Below, one piece after another: positions 1 to 8,412 of a DNA stretch of 64,000 nucleotides. The position numbers and the translations under genes were made by a program. Position 1 is the stretch's first letter. Each line of letters starts with the position of its first letter. The notes below the pieces were generated by a model, which made no database searches, was not told where the DNA came from, and saw only the letters and a program-made list of their open reading frames with translations. Source of the DNA: Spirochaetia bacterium (GTDB lineage Bacteria; Spirochaetota; Spirochaetia; CADAEX01); NCBI GenBank assembly GCA_017535435.1, contig JAFXTY010000060.1:654-64653 (forward strand), read 5' to 3'.

Positions 1-903
1 GTCACCCTCGTTCCCTTCGCCATAGCTGTTGCCGAAGAGGGGCTGCAGGCCCTGGCTGGCCCCGATGAATATTGAGGCGGAGAAGGTGGCGATATACATG
101 AGGAGGGAATAGGCGTTGAGTGCGTTGTCCCCAAGATGCCGGGCCAGCATTATGTTGGTGAGCACCATGGTGATCGGAGTTCCGAAATGGGCCACGCATT
201 CAGGCATACCACGCTTGATCATGGTAAAGGTCAGCTTAGGGTCGAAATGGAAGGACCCAAGGTACAGTTTTCCTCTTCTGAAAAGGAAATGGCAGGAGAC
301 ATAGAGGAAGGAGATGCTTTGGGAGAGACCGGTGGCAATGGCCGCCCCCTTTATACCCATGTGCATGGGGAAGATAAGGATATAGTCTCCAATTATGTTG
401 AGTACCGACGCAGAGATTGTGAATGTGCTCACCAGCTCCGGAATGCCGTCGTTCCTGGCAAATCCCAGAAGAGTTCCGTTCAGGAAGCAGGGAATCATGA
501 AGATGGAATACCAGAAGATGTATTCCTTGACCAAGGGATAGAATGTATCAGTGGCCCCCAGCAGTCGGGCGATGAACCCTGCAAGGAGGGTTCCTGCAAG
601 GAAGAGGAAAAAGCTGATAGCTGTATTCAGGACCAAGACAAGGCGGAAAACCTGGTTTGCCCCCTCAAAATCTTTCCGTCCCACCCTGATGGCAGTGACA
701 GTGAGCCCTCCGATGGTGGTGAGCATGATCACAGACTCAAAGAACATGATGAAGGGGAAGGAGATGTTGATGGCACCCACCGCGTTGATTCCCACTCCGT
801 GGCCTACAAAGATGCCGTCCACGATGGAGAAGAGGAAAATGCTCACCATGCTGAGTATGGATGGGAGAGTGTAGCGTATGAGCTTGCGGGTCTGGTCTTT
901 CAT
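1..903 (-). CDS. MATE-family efflux transporter (partial; C-terminal part runs off window start)
   Basis: Reverse-strand translation from ATG (complement of 901-903) gives MKDQTRKLIRYTLPSILSMVSIFLFSIVDGIFVGHGVG..., a multi-TM protein with MATE/NorM-like N-terminal signature. Frame stays open to position 1. The + strand ORFs 136-927 and 551-874 (Glu/Asp-rich, low-complexity) are antisense artefacts of this gene. Confidence 0.7.
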   Translation of the reverse strand, partial: MKDQTRKLIRYTLPSILSMVSIFLFSIVDGIFVGHGVGINAVGAINISFPFIMFFESVIMLTTIGGLTVTAIRVGRKDFEGANQVFRLVLVLNTAISFFLFLAGTLLAGFIARLLGATDTFYPLVKEYIFWYSIFMIPCFLNGTLLGFARNDGIPELVSTFTISASVLNIIGDYILIFPMHMGIKGAAIATGLSQSISFLYVSCHFLFRRGKLYLGSFHFDPKLTFTMIKRGMPECVAHFGTPITMVLTNIMLARHLGDNALNAYSLLMYIATFSASIFIGASQGLQPLFGNSYGEGNEGD

Positions 904-923
904 GCCTGGTCAGTATATCCCTA

Positions 924-960
924 TTGACAAATTTTGTAAAATCATTAAATTTATTATACT
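924..960 (+). promoter_or_regulatory. candidate sigma70-type promoter region upstream of rplM (TTGACA ~924-929; TATACT ~955-960; spacing not ideal)
   Basis: Hexamer-like motifs in AT-rich divergent intergenic region between MATE gene and rplM; hand-read only. Confidence 0.25.
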
Positions 961-1063
961 TGTATTAGAATCTGCCCCGACTGTGCAGTTATGAGTCCGT
1001 TACCTTCATACCTGCCTGCTTCTAACAGACTGGAGCAGTGAAATTTTTATAAAGGACTATGAA

Positions 1064-1492
1064 ATGAAAACTATCTTTGTTAAACCAAAAGATGTTGTCA
1101 GAAAATGGTACGTGCTGGACGCCGAGGGTGTTCCTCTGGGACGCGTGGCTGTAAAGGCTGCTAACCTTGCAAGAGGTAAGCACAAGGCATGCTATGTTCC
1201 TCATCAGGAGATCGGCGACTTCGTCATCATCATCAATGCTGAGAAAGCAATTGTAACTGGCGGCAAAGAAAATAAAAAGATTTACTACAACTACTCTGGA
1301 TATCCAGGCGGAATGAGAGCAGAGACCTACAAGGCTGTCCTCGAGAAGAAGCCTACTTATCCGATGGAAAGAGCTGTAAAGGGAATGCTCCCTCACGGCG
1401 CTTTAGGAAACAAGCTTTTTGCAAACGTAAAGATTTACGCAGGACCTGATCATCCACATGCTGCACAGAATCCTGAAAAGCTGGAAATCTGA
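1064..1492 (+). CDS. rplM: 50S ribosomal protein L13
   Basis: 142 aa; MKTIFVKPKDVVRKWYVLDAEGVPLGRVA... is a typical L13 N-terminus; AGGA-type RBS upstream; followed by rpsI as in the conserved rplM-rpsI operon. Confidence 0.95.
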   Translation: MKTIFVKPKDVVRKWYVLDAEGVPLGRVAVKAANLARGKHKACYVPHQEIGDFVIIINAEKAIVTGGKENKKIYYNYSGYPGGMRAETYKAVLEKKPTYPMERAVKGMLPHGALGNKLFANVKIYAGPDHPHAAQNPEKLEI

Positions 1493-1510
1493 GGATAAGG
1501 AGAGTAAGAA

Positions 1511-1909
1511 GTGGCAAAAGTAACTAATCTTTCATTAGGAACCGGTAGAAGAAAAACTTCTGTTGCACGGGTTTATCTTAGAAGTGGAAACGGTGCCATC
1601 ATGGTCAACGGAAAGAGCGTTGAGGCATATTTCGCAAACCCTGAGCATGTGTTCACTGTAAAGCAGCCTCTGGTAGCTACAGCTTCCGAGGGCAAGTTTG
1701 ATATCCTTATCAATGTAAAGGGCGGCGGAGTCAGAGGACAGGCCGGTGCCTGCAGACACGGCATCGCAAGAGCTCTTGCAGCTAACGATGAGTCAAATAT
1801 CAGCGTTCTCCACGCCAATGGATTCCTCACCAGAGACTCCAGAATGGTAGAGAGAAAGAAATATGGTAGACGCGGTGCGAGAAGAAGATTCCAGTTCTCA
1901 AAGCGTTAA
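1511..1909 (+). CDS. rpsI: 30S ribosomal protein S9
   Basis: 132 aa ending ...GARRRFQFSKR, the universal S9 C-terminus; immediately downstream of rplM. Confidence 0.95.
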   Translation: MAKVTNLSLGTGRRKTSVARVYLRSGNGAIMVNGKSVEAYFANPEHVFTVKQPLVATASEGKFDILINVKGGGVRGQAGACRHGIARALAANDESNISVLHANGFLTRDSRMVERKKYGRRGARRRFQFSKR

Positions 1910-1952
1910 TATCTATATTACCGGAATTCAAACAAAGGAGGCATTCACCGAG

Positions 1953-2531
1953 GTGTCAATCTCGACTGGTGCCTCTTTTTTTATTTCCGATGCCGATTTC
2001 TTCTCTTTTCCTTTCGGCAAGGGGGATGAGATCTCTCCCGAAGTGGTGGAGCAGCTGGAGAGGGGACACAAGCTTATCCTGTGCCGCTCCAAGGCCTTAT
2101 CCCTCCTGGATCTGGCAGAGCACTCTGCCTTCATGCTCCGCACCAAGCTGCGGCAGCGGGGATTCGAGCCCCCTGTGGTAGAGACTGTCATTGCACAGCT
2201 TAAGGAAAAGAACTTCCTTGATGACAGCCGTTTTGCCCGGCTGTGGGTTGCCTCTCGGCTCAGGAGGAATCCGGCAGGAAAGAGCGTGCTGGTGTCGGGA
2301 CTCAGGGCAAAAGGGGTGAGCGCTCGTGATGCGGAAGAGGCTGTGGCTGAGGTTCTGGACGAGGAGGCTCTTTTAGAAGGGGCCAGGAAAGTGTATAATA
2401 AGGCTGCCAGGAAAAAGAATTCCACGCCTGATAAGATAAAAGCGGCGATGCTGCAGAAGGGATATTCCCTCTCTGTCATAAGACTTATAACAAAGGAGGT
2501 CTTGGATGGAAAAGAAACGGAAGAGGATTAA
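1953..2531 (+). CDS. recX: RecX-like regulatory protein (start uncertain)
   Basis: Repeated three-helix RecX-like segments (…LRTKLRQRGFEPPVVETVIAQLKEKNFLDDSRFARLWVASRL…; …LRAKGVSARDAEEAVAEV…). Longest ATG ORF (1863) overlaps rpsI by 46 nt. In-frame GTG at 1953 preceded by AAAGGAGG (1934-1941) is a more plausible start. Confidence 0.55.
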   Translation: MSISTGASFFISDADFFSFPFGKGDEISPEVVEQLERGHKLILCRSKALSLLDLAEHSAFMLRTKLRQRGFEPPVVETVIAQLKEKNFLDDSRFARLWVASRLRRNPAGKSVLVSGLRAKGVSARDAEEAVAEVLDEEALLEGARKVYNKAARKKNSTPDKIKAAMLQKGYSLSVIRLITKEVLDGKETEED

Positions 2532-3093
2532 GATTTATTCTGCCCTTGAAGTGGCCAACATCTGCGGAGTGGTGAACCAGACTGCCATAAACTGGATAAA
2601 GAACGGTTCCCTCAAGGCCTTCACAACCCCTGGCGGCCAGTACCGTATCTATGCCGAGCATCTGGTGGACTTCCTGAAAGAACGTGGTATGAAAGTGCCT
2701 GCCGAGGTGCTTGAGAGCCTGAACGACGGCTTTGTGAACGAGAAGAAAATACTTATAATTGACACCGACAGAATCGCTATGAAAGAGATGAGGGACGCCC
2801 TCGCTGACTCCCTGCCTGGTTATTCCTTCCTTTCGGCAGCCACCAGCTTTGACGCCGGGAGGCTCCTGATGGCAGAAAAGCCGGAGATAATCATACTGAC
2901 CGAATCTTTCCCGGAGCTTACTGTGGAGAACCTGTACGACACCATATCAAGCCGGCGGGATTACGAGAAACCGGTCATCATCTTCATTGCCGACGAGAAC
3001 TCAACAGCAAGGGAGAGCAAGAAGGCAGACCTGTTTCTGCACCAGCCTGTGGAACTGGAAAAGCTGTTGGAGGTTATAAATGGTATTCACTGA
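2506..3093 (+). CDS. excisionase/MerR-type HTH domain fused to CheY-like receiver-like domain protein
   Basis: 195 aa. N-term IYSALEVANICGVVNQTAINWIKNGSLKAF..GGQYRIYAEHL resembles HTH_17/excisionase-family DNA-binding domains. C-terminal ~120 aa (KKILIIDTD…PEIIILT…PVIIFIAD) has a receiver-like alpha/beta pattern. Confidence 0.5.
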   Translation: MEKKRKRIKIYSALEVANICGVVNQTAINWIKNGSLKAFTTPGGQYRIYAEHLVDFLKERGMKVPAEVLESLNDGFVNEKKILIIDTDRIAMKEMRDALADSLPGYSFLSAATSFDAGRLLMAEKPEIIILTESFPELTVENLYDTISSRRDYEKPVIIFIADENSTARESKKADLFLHQPVELEKLLEVINGIH

Positions 3094-4387
3094 TATTATA
3101 GAAAAGAAAAAGAACGGCCAGAAGCTTACTAAGGAGGAACTGGATTTTTTCATCGACGGCTATGTTAAAGGTGTCATCCCTGATTATCAGGTGTCGGCCC
3201 TTTTGATGGCTATTGTCCTCAAGGGGATGGATGATGAGGAGACAGCGGCGCTGACCACTGCCATGCTTAATTCAGGACCCCGGATGGACCTTTCCGGTAT
3301 CAAGGGCTTCAAGGTGGACAAGCACTCCACCGGCGGCGTAGGGGATGACACCACACTGCTGGTTGCCCCTCTGGTTGCTGCCTGCGGATGCAAGGTGGCC
3401 AAGATGTCGGGCCGGGGTCTGGGCTTTACCGGGGGTACACTGGACAAGCTTGAGTCTATTCCCGGCTTCAATGTTTTCCTGGACAACGAGACCTTTGTGA
3501 AGAATGTCTCCAAGGTGGGACTTGCCATAATGGGGCAGACCCAGGATCTGGTTCCTGCCGACAAGAAGCTTTATGCCCTGAGGGATGTGACCGGCACTGT
3601 GCAGAGCCTGCCCCTCATTGCCTCCAGCATAATGAGCAAGAAGATTGCCATGGGCACCGATGCAGTTGTCCTGGATGTGAAAACCGGCAACGGAGCCCTT
3701 ATGCCAGCCTTAAAGGATTCTATAAAATTGGCCGATATAATGGTAAGAATCGGCAAGGCCACAGGTCTTAAGACTACTGCTGTGGTCACCGACATGAACC
3801 AGCCCCTGGGCAACTGCATCGGGAATGCTCTGTCGGTGGAAGAGGCTATCCATGTGCTCAGGGACAACATCGAGTGCGACATCAAGACCATCTCCCTGAC
3901 ATTGGCAGCAAAGATGCTTATTCTGGGTGGAATCTGCGAGTCGGACAGCGAGGCCATGATGATGCTGGAGGAGAAGCTTGCTTCCGGTCAGGCACTGGTG
4001 AAGCTGGCTCAGATGATAAAGACCCAGGGCGGCGACCCTGCTGTGGTGGACGACACCTCCATACTGCCACATGCCAAGGAGCAGATTCCTGTATGTGCCG
4101 ATTCTGCCGGGTATGTGTCGGAGATAATCACACGTGATGTGGGCTCTGCCGCATCCCTTTTAGGGGCAGGCCGGATGACCAAAGAGGATGTGATTGATCC
4201 AGCTGTGGGCATTGTGATCAAGAAACGGCTTGGGGATTATGTGGAGAAAGGCGAGGAGCTTGCCATCTTCCATGTGAACGATAAAAAGAATTTTGAGGAA
4301 GCAGTGGCTAAGTTCAAGAAAGCATATACAATTTCCAAGGATCAGCCTGACGAGCTTCCCCTTATCTATACTGTGATTGAGGATTAG
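3080..4387 (+). CDS. pdp: pyrimidine-nucleoside (thymidine) phosphorylase
   Basis: 435 aa; KHSTGGVGD and glycosyl-transferase family 3 signature regions; C-terminal PYNP domain; overlaps previous gene by 14 nt. Confidence 0.88.
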   Translation: MVFTDIIEKKKNGQKLTKEELDFFIDGYVKGVIPDYQVSALLMAIVLKGMDDEETAALTTAMLNSGPRMDLSGIKGFKVDKHSTGGVGDDTTLLVAPLVAACGCKVAKMSGRGLGFTGGTLDKLESIPGFNVFLDNETFVKNVSKVGLAIMGQTQDLVPADKKLYALRDVTGTVQSLPLIASSIMSKKIAMGTDAVVLDVKTGNGALMPALKDSIKLADIMVRIGKATGLKTTAVVTDMNQPLGNCIGNALSVEEAIHVLRDNIECDIKTISLTLAAKMLILGGICESDSEAMMMLEEKLASGQALVKLAQMIKTQGGDPAVVDDTSILPHAKEQIPVCADSAGYVSEIITRDVGSAASLLGAGRMTKEDVIDPAVGIVIKKRLGDYVEKGEELAIFHVNDKKNFEEAVAKFKKAYTISKDQPDELPLIYTVIED

Positions 4388-6321
4388 TGTTTCCCTTGAA
4401 GAAGCTGGTTTCCATAGTCTTACTGCTTTTGCTTGTTCTCCCTTCTTTATGCTTTGCAGAGCTCTCTTATGACCCGAATGACGAAGTCATGCTTGTTGAT
4501 GTCCCTGTCTATATCGGAGAGGAGGCCTTTATCAAGAAGGCACAGGAGAGAGCGGCGGCGGCAGGACGTTCCCAGCCTTTAGGCCTTGTCCTTTCGGGCG
4601 GTGCAGCCCGGGCCATGGCTCATCTGGGTGTGCTTAAGAAGCTGGAGGAGGAGGGGATTGTCCCCGACTTCATGATAACCAACTCCATGGGTGCCATCAT
4701 CGGACTCCTCTACAGCGCCGGCATCTCCTGTGACGATATCTACAATGTGATGACAGAGTTCACCCTGGGGGAGTTCTTCAAACCCCAGCTGCCGGTGAAG
4801 GGGGGTGTTCTTGATACATCCCGCTTTATTTCGGTGATCCACGGAATCCTGGGGGACAAGCGCATAGAGGAACTGGACATTCCAGTGGCTGTCATCTGCG
4901 AAGACCTTATAACCCGCCGGCAGATTATTTTCGAGGCCGGGGATATGTATGACATTATCGAGGGAAGCATTGTAATCCCTGTGGATTTTGCACCTAAGGA
5001 ATATATGGGATACCTGCTTATGGACGGCGGGTGCACCAACCTGGTTCCTGTGGACCATGCTTACCGCTATACCGACAAGGTTGCAGTCTCCTCAACCTTA
5101 TACACCTTCAAGCAGAACCTGCGGAACTTTGTAACTGTGGTGAACCGCATGCAGGATGTGAGCAAGACAAGGAAGGGAGTGGAGGAGATAAAGAAGCACG
5201 AGAACCTGGTATGGCTCCGGAACCCGGTGGAGAAGTATTCATTCATGGGCTTCGACAAGAGCGATGAGATAATCCAGCTGGGATATGAGTGTGCTTCGAA
5301 GCATATGGCTGAGCTTAAGAGCCTGGCCGAGCTTTCGGACAAGACCGCTGCTGAGCAGGCATCATTCCTTTCCAAGAGAGAGAAAAACAGAGAAAAGATT
5401 GATGATTTCTGCAGGCGTTACCGGAAGACAGAAATGATTCCTCTCCGGGACCTGACTCCGCTGTTCACAGTAGGAATCTCCATGATGGGAGAAATTCCTA
5501 ACGACTACTATCTTAACAACTACAACTATATCTACCTGGGGGAAGAGCTGGGATACAAGACCATGCGGATCAACCTGCGGGAGTACTGGTTCCCCAATAA
5601 TTATGGCCTTGATTCTGCCCTTACCTTTGCCCTGGGAGACTTCTTCAAGTCCAAGACCAGGGGACTGGTGGACTTCAAGGACAACGATCTTCATAAATTC
5701 TATTATTATTCCAACAACGAGATAATCTACTTCTCCGGTGACAATGCCGGAATTGACCCGTTCTGCACCTTTGAGGGAACTATGGACAGGGATATGGATG
5801 AGATTGATTCCTTCCACCGTGCCGGACTTAAGGGATATATCGGCAGGGATAAGTTCATAAGATTCTCGGCTTTCGGATTCAAGGAGAACCGTGATACCGA
5901 CGGCTGGGGTGCATCTGTAACCTTTGACCACAAGCTGATATGGCTGCTGCATCTGGAGGAGAAAGCCACCTACAGGATGCCTCTCCCGGGCAATGACACA
6001 ATCTGTCTGTATAAAAACGACGGTGTACGGGGGAAGACCATAAGTGGAGATTTCGACCGGGTGCTGATGGCCCAGACCACTTTCTACCTTAAGCCTGATT
6101 TTACCCCCAGCCTGGCTGAAGCTTTCATCTTCAATGATGTGAGGCTGGGAGTGTTCGGCGACTTCTATTTCTTTGATGATGTCATATTCACAGCAGGTCT
6201 GTCACTGAAGTTTGACATAAGCTTTATCGGAGTGATGCCGGTCAAGTTCCTGTGCTATGGAGGCTGGGACTTTGACCAGAAGAAGATTTTCACCAAGTTT
6301 GCCATAGGTACGGAGTTCTGA
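4387..6321 (+). CDS. secreted patatin-like phospholipase with C-terminal beta-barrel-like domain (PlpD/type Vd autotransporter-like)
   Basis: 644 aa; GTG start; signal peptide MFPLKKLVSIVLLLLLVLPSLCFA. Patatin motifs: oxyanion LVLSGGAARAMAHLGV, nucleophile-Ser motif ITNSMGAIIG (atypical N in place of first G), and catalytic Asp-Gly LMDGGCTNLVP. The C-terminal half is aromatic/beta-rich and ends ...FAIGTEF (terminal Phe, OMP-like). Confidence 0.7.
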   Translation: MFPLKKLVSIVLLLLLVLPSLCFAELSYDPNDEVMLVDVPVYIGEEAFIKKAQERAAAAGRSQPLGLVLSGGAARAMAHLGVLKKLEEEGIVPDFMITNSMGAIIGLLYSAGISCDDIYNVMTEFTLGEFFKPQLPVKGGVLDTSRFISVIHGILGDKRIEELDIPVAVICEDLITRRQIIFEAGDMYDIIEGSIVIPVDFAPKEYMGYLLMDGGCTNLVPVDHAYRYTDKVAVSSTLYTFKQNLRNFVTVVNRMQDVSKTRKGVEEIKKHENLVWLRNPVEKYSFMGFDKSDEIIQLGYECASKHMAELKSLAELSDKTAAEQASFLSKREKNREKIDDFCRRYRKTEMIPLRDLTPLFTVGISMMGEIPNDYYLNNYNYIYLGEELGYKTMRINLREYWFPNNYGLDSALTFALGDFFKSKTRGLVDFKDNDLHKFYYYSNNEIIYFSGDNAGIDPFCTFEGTMDRDMDEIDSFHRAGLKGYIGRDKFIRFSAFGFKENRDTDGWGASVTFDHKLIWLLHLEEKATYRMPLPGNDTICLYKNDGVRGKTISGDFDRVLMAQTTFYLKPDFTPSLAEAFIFNDVRLGVFGDFYFFDDVIFTAGLSLKFDISFIGVMPVKFLCYGGWDFDQKKIFTKFAIGTEF

Positions 6322-7170
6322 TTGAAGAGAGTCCTTTCTGTCCTTCTGCTGTTTGCAGTAATGCTCTTGACAAGCTGCGATACACTGCCCCAGATCTTCG
6401 ACTGCCCTGCAGTCAAGCAGAAGCAGGAGAGGCAGACAGAGCAGGATAAGAAGGCGGCGGCAGGAATTGCTGAGGCTGCACCCAAAATAGTTTCCAAATC
6501 TCCAAACGGCACCAGCAAGAGTACAAATGCCAATACCAGCACCAGCTCAAGTACTGGTTCCGGCACCAGCCAAAGTACCAGTGCAGACACCAGCCCGGTA
6601 ATAACTCCAAGCCCAACCGTGACTAGTACCCCGAGTATCAGCCAGAAGCAGAAACAGCTGGTGGAGGCGGCCAACTGGGCAAAGGGAAGGAACTATCTGA
6701 CAATCAACGGCCATAGATTCAGGATGGACTGCTCCGGAGTGATCAGGGCTATATACTTTAAAGCGGGGATAGACCTGGCTAAGGATTTCAATAAATACAG
6801 GGGCGGCGGCACCCAGCGGATCCATGAGACTCTGCGGGTAAAAGGGCTCATATACAGGCCTACTGTCCCGGTGCCCGGTGATATCCTGTTCTGGGACAAC
6901 ACCTACGATGCCAACCATAACGGCCGGTCCGATGACATGCTGAGCCATATCGGCATGGTGGTCTCCTCCGATAAAAAGTCGGGAAATATAATCTATGTCC
7001 ATCATCACGAGAAGAAGGGGATAGTTTTTGAGAAGATGAACCTGCTTCATCCCAACGATTCCTCCTATAACGCTATAATGCGCTCCCAGAGAGCCCGCAA
7101 GCTGCCTGGAAATAAATATCTGGCCTCCCATCTGTATAAGGATGCAGGCAAAGGTTATCTGATGAGGTAG
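6322..7170 (+). CDS. NlpC/P60-family lipoprotein (putative cell-wall peptidase)
   Basis: 282 aa; TTG start; lipobox ...MLLTSC; Ser/Thr-rich linker; papain-like Cys (RMDCSGVIRAIY) and His (SHIGMVVS) arrangement. Confidence 0.6.
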   Translation: MKRVLSVLLLFAVMLLTSCDTLPQIFDCPAVKQKQERQTEQDKKAAAGIAEAAPKIVSKSPNGTSKSTNANTSTSSSTGSGTSQSTSADTSPVITPSPTVTSTPSISQKQKQLVEAANWAKGRNYLTINGHRFRMDCSGVIRAIYFKAGIDLAKDFNKYRGGGTQRIHETLRVKGLIYRPTVPVPGDILFWDNTYDANHNGRSDDMLSHIGMVVSSDKKSGNIIYVHHHEKKGIVFEKMNLLHPNDSSYNAIMRSQRARKLPGNKYLASHLYKDAGKGYLMR

Positions 7171-7178
7171 GGACAGTC

Positions 7179-8381
7179 ATGAATCTTGTAGTAGATCTTC
7201 ATTCACATTCACCATACGCAGGGGCCTCGGGCAAATCTGACTTCAAGCGTCTCTCCTATGTCATGGGGATAAAGGGAATCAATATCTATGGCAGCGGAGA
7301 CATACTCCTTAAGAAATGGGAGGATGAGCTTTGCGGCGAGTTCCCTTTCGACAAGCAGAAATCCATGTGGGTGATAAAGGAAGGGCAGTATCTTATGCCC
7401 CAGACCGAGATTATTGTCACCCTGCCATATGCCCAGAATCCGGCCAAGCGTAAGCTGTTTCATGTGGTGATACTCTTCGGTGACATGGAGAGCGTTTGCA
7501 CAGTCCGGGCTATGATGGAGAAGAAGGGGTCCAAGCTGGGAATCGGCCGGCCCTTTGTCAAGTTTGAAAGCTATGGGGAGATGCAGGATTTCTTTATAGA
7601 GATTAAGAGAAAGGCCCGGGTGGCCATAGTGCCGGCCCATGTGGTTACCCCGGAGGGAATCCTTGGAGGCAAGAACCCGGTGGATTCTGTGACCGAGATA
7701 TGGGGAGAGGCCTCCTCCTGCATAGACGCCCTGGAGACAGGCTTGAGCGCCGACCCGGAGATGCTGGGGGCGGTAGCCGGCGGCCTGGATGTCCCTCTGA
7801 TTTCCTCAAGCGATGCCCACTCGGCCGCCTTCAACAGGTTGGGTCGGGAGTTTACCCTGCTGGATATGCAGGAGGAGTCTGCTTCCGGTGTCCTGGCGGC
7901 ACTGGGGGCCAAGGCGGTGCTGAAGACAGCGGAGTTCCCGCCTTTCGAGGGGCGCTACTACCTGACAGGACACCGAGGGGACAGACCCGGCCACAAGGGG
8001 CAGGAGGTTTGGTACCTGGATAACCCGCCGGAGGTCTGCCCCCTGTGCGGCAAGCCCTTTGTGGAAGGGGTGCGCCAGCGTATCAAGCGTATCTCCAGCG
8101 GGCTTGCCGTACGGAAGCAGGCGTTTGTCTACCAGATGCCCCTTATCGAGATAATTGCCGCCAGCCTTGGCTGCGGCGTCGGCTCCAAGAAGGCATCTGA
8201 TCTTTATATCAAGATTGCGGGCCAGGCCGGGAACGAGAGCAACCTCTGGTTCGGCGATGCTGATGCGGCCCTGAAGGATGTTCCTGACGCAGTTGCAGAG
8301 GGAATAAGGGCAGTCAAGGAAAACAGGTTCAAGATAAAATATGGATTTGACGGGCAGTATGGTCAGATTTTGCTGGCTTGA
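7179..8381 (+). CDS. PHP-domain protein (possibly endonuclease Q-like)
   Basis: 400 aa; N-term MNLVVDLHSHSPYAG matches the PHP/histidinol-phosphatase His-rich motif; CxxC (EVCPLCGKPF) later; family assignment beyond the PHP domain is tentative. Confidence 0.55.
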   Translation: MNLVVDLHSHSPYAGASGKSDFKRLSYVMGIKGINIYGSGDILLKKWEDELCGEFPFDKQKSMWVIKEGQYLMPQTEIIVTLPYAQNPAKRKLFHVVILFGDMESVCTVRAMMEKKGSKLGIGRPFVKFESYGEMQDFFIEIKRKARVAIVPAHVVTPEGILGGKNPVDSVTEIWGEASSCIDALETGLSADPEMLGAVAGGLDVPLISSSDAHSAAFNRLGREFTLLDMQEESASGVLAALGAKAVLKTAEFPPFEGRYYLTGHRGDRPGHKGQEVWYLDNPPEVCPLCGKPFVEGVRQRIKRISSGLAVRKQAFVYQMPLIEIIAASLGCGVGSKKASDLYIKIAGQAGNESNLWFGDADAALKDVPDAVAEGIRAVKENRFKIKYGFDGQYGQILLA

Positions 8382-8412
8382 CAGCCTGTTTTTACCATTG
8401 TAAGGTGGAAAT

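Noticed and set aside
136-927. 263-aa + strand ORF (and nested 551-874) rich in Glu/Asp/His
   Set aside because: It is low-complexity and fully antisense to a well-formed MATE transporter gene on the minus strand (1-903). That makes it the shadow ORF of a high-GC-third-position gene.
1022-1830. minus-strand ORFs 1022-1396, 1535-1759, 1573-1830
   Set aside because: They are antisense to the conserved rplM and rpsI genes and are frame shadows.
6480-6660. Ser/Thr-rich low-complexity stretch looking like a DNA repeat
   Set aside because: It is coding low-complexity linker (STSSSTGSGTSQSTS…) within the NlpC/P60 lipoprotein. It is not a tandem DNA repeat array or a CRISPR.
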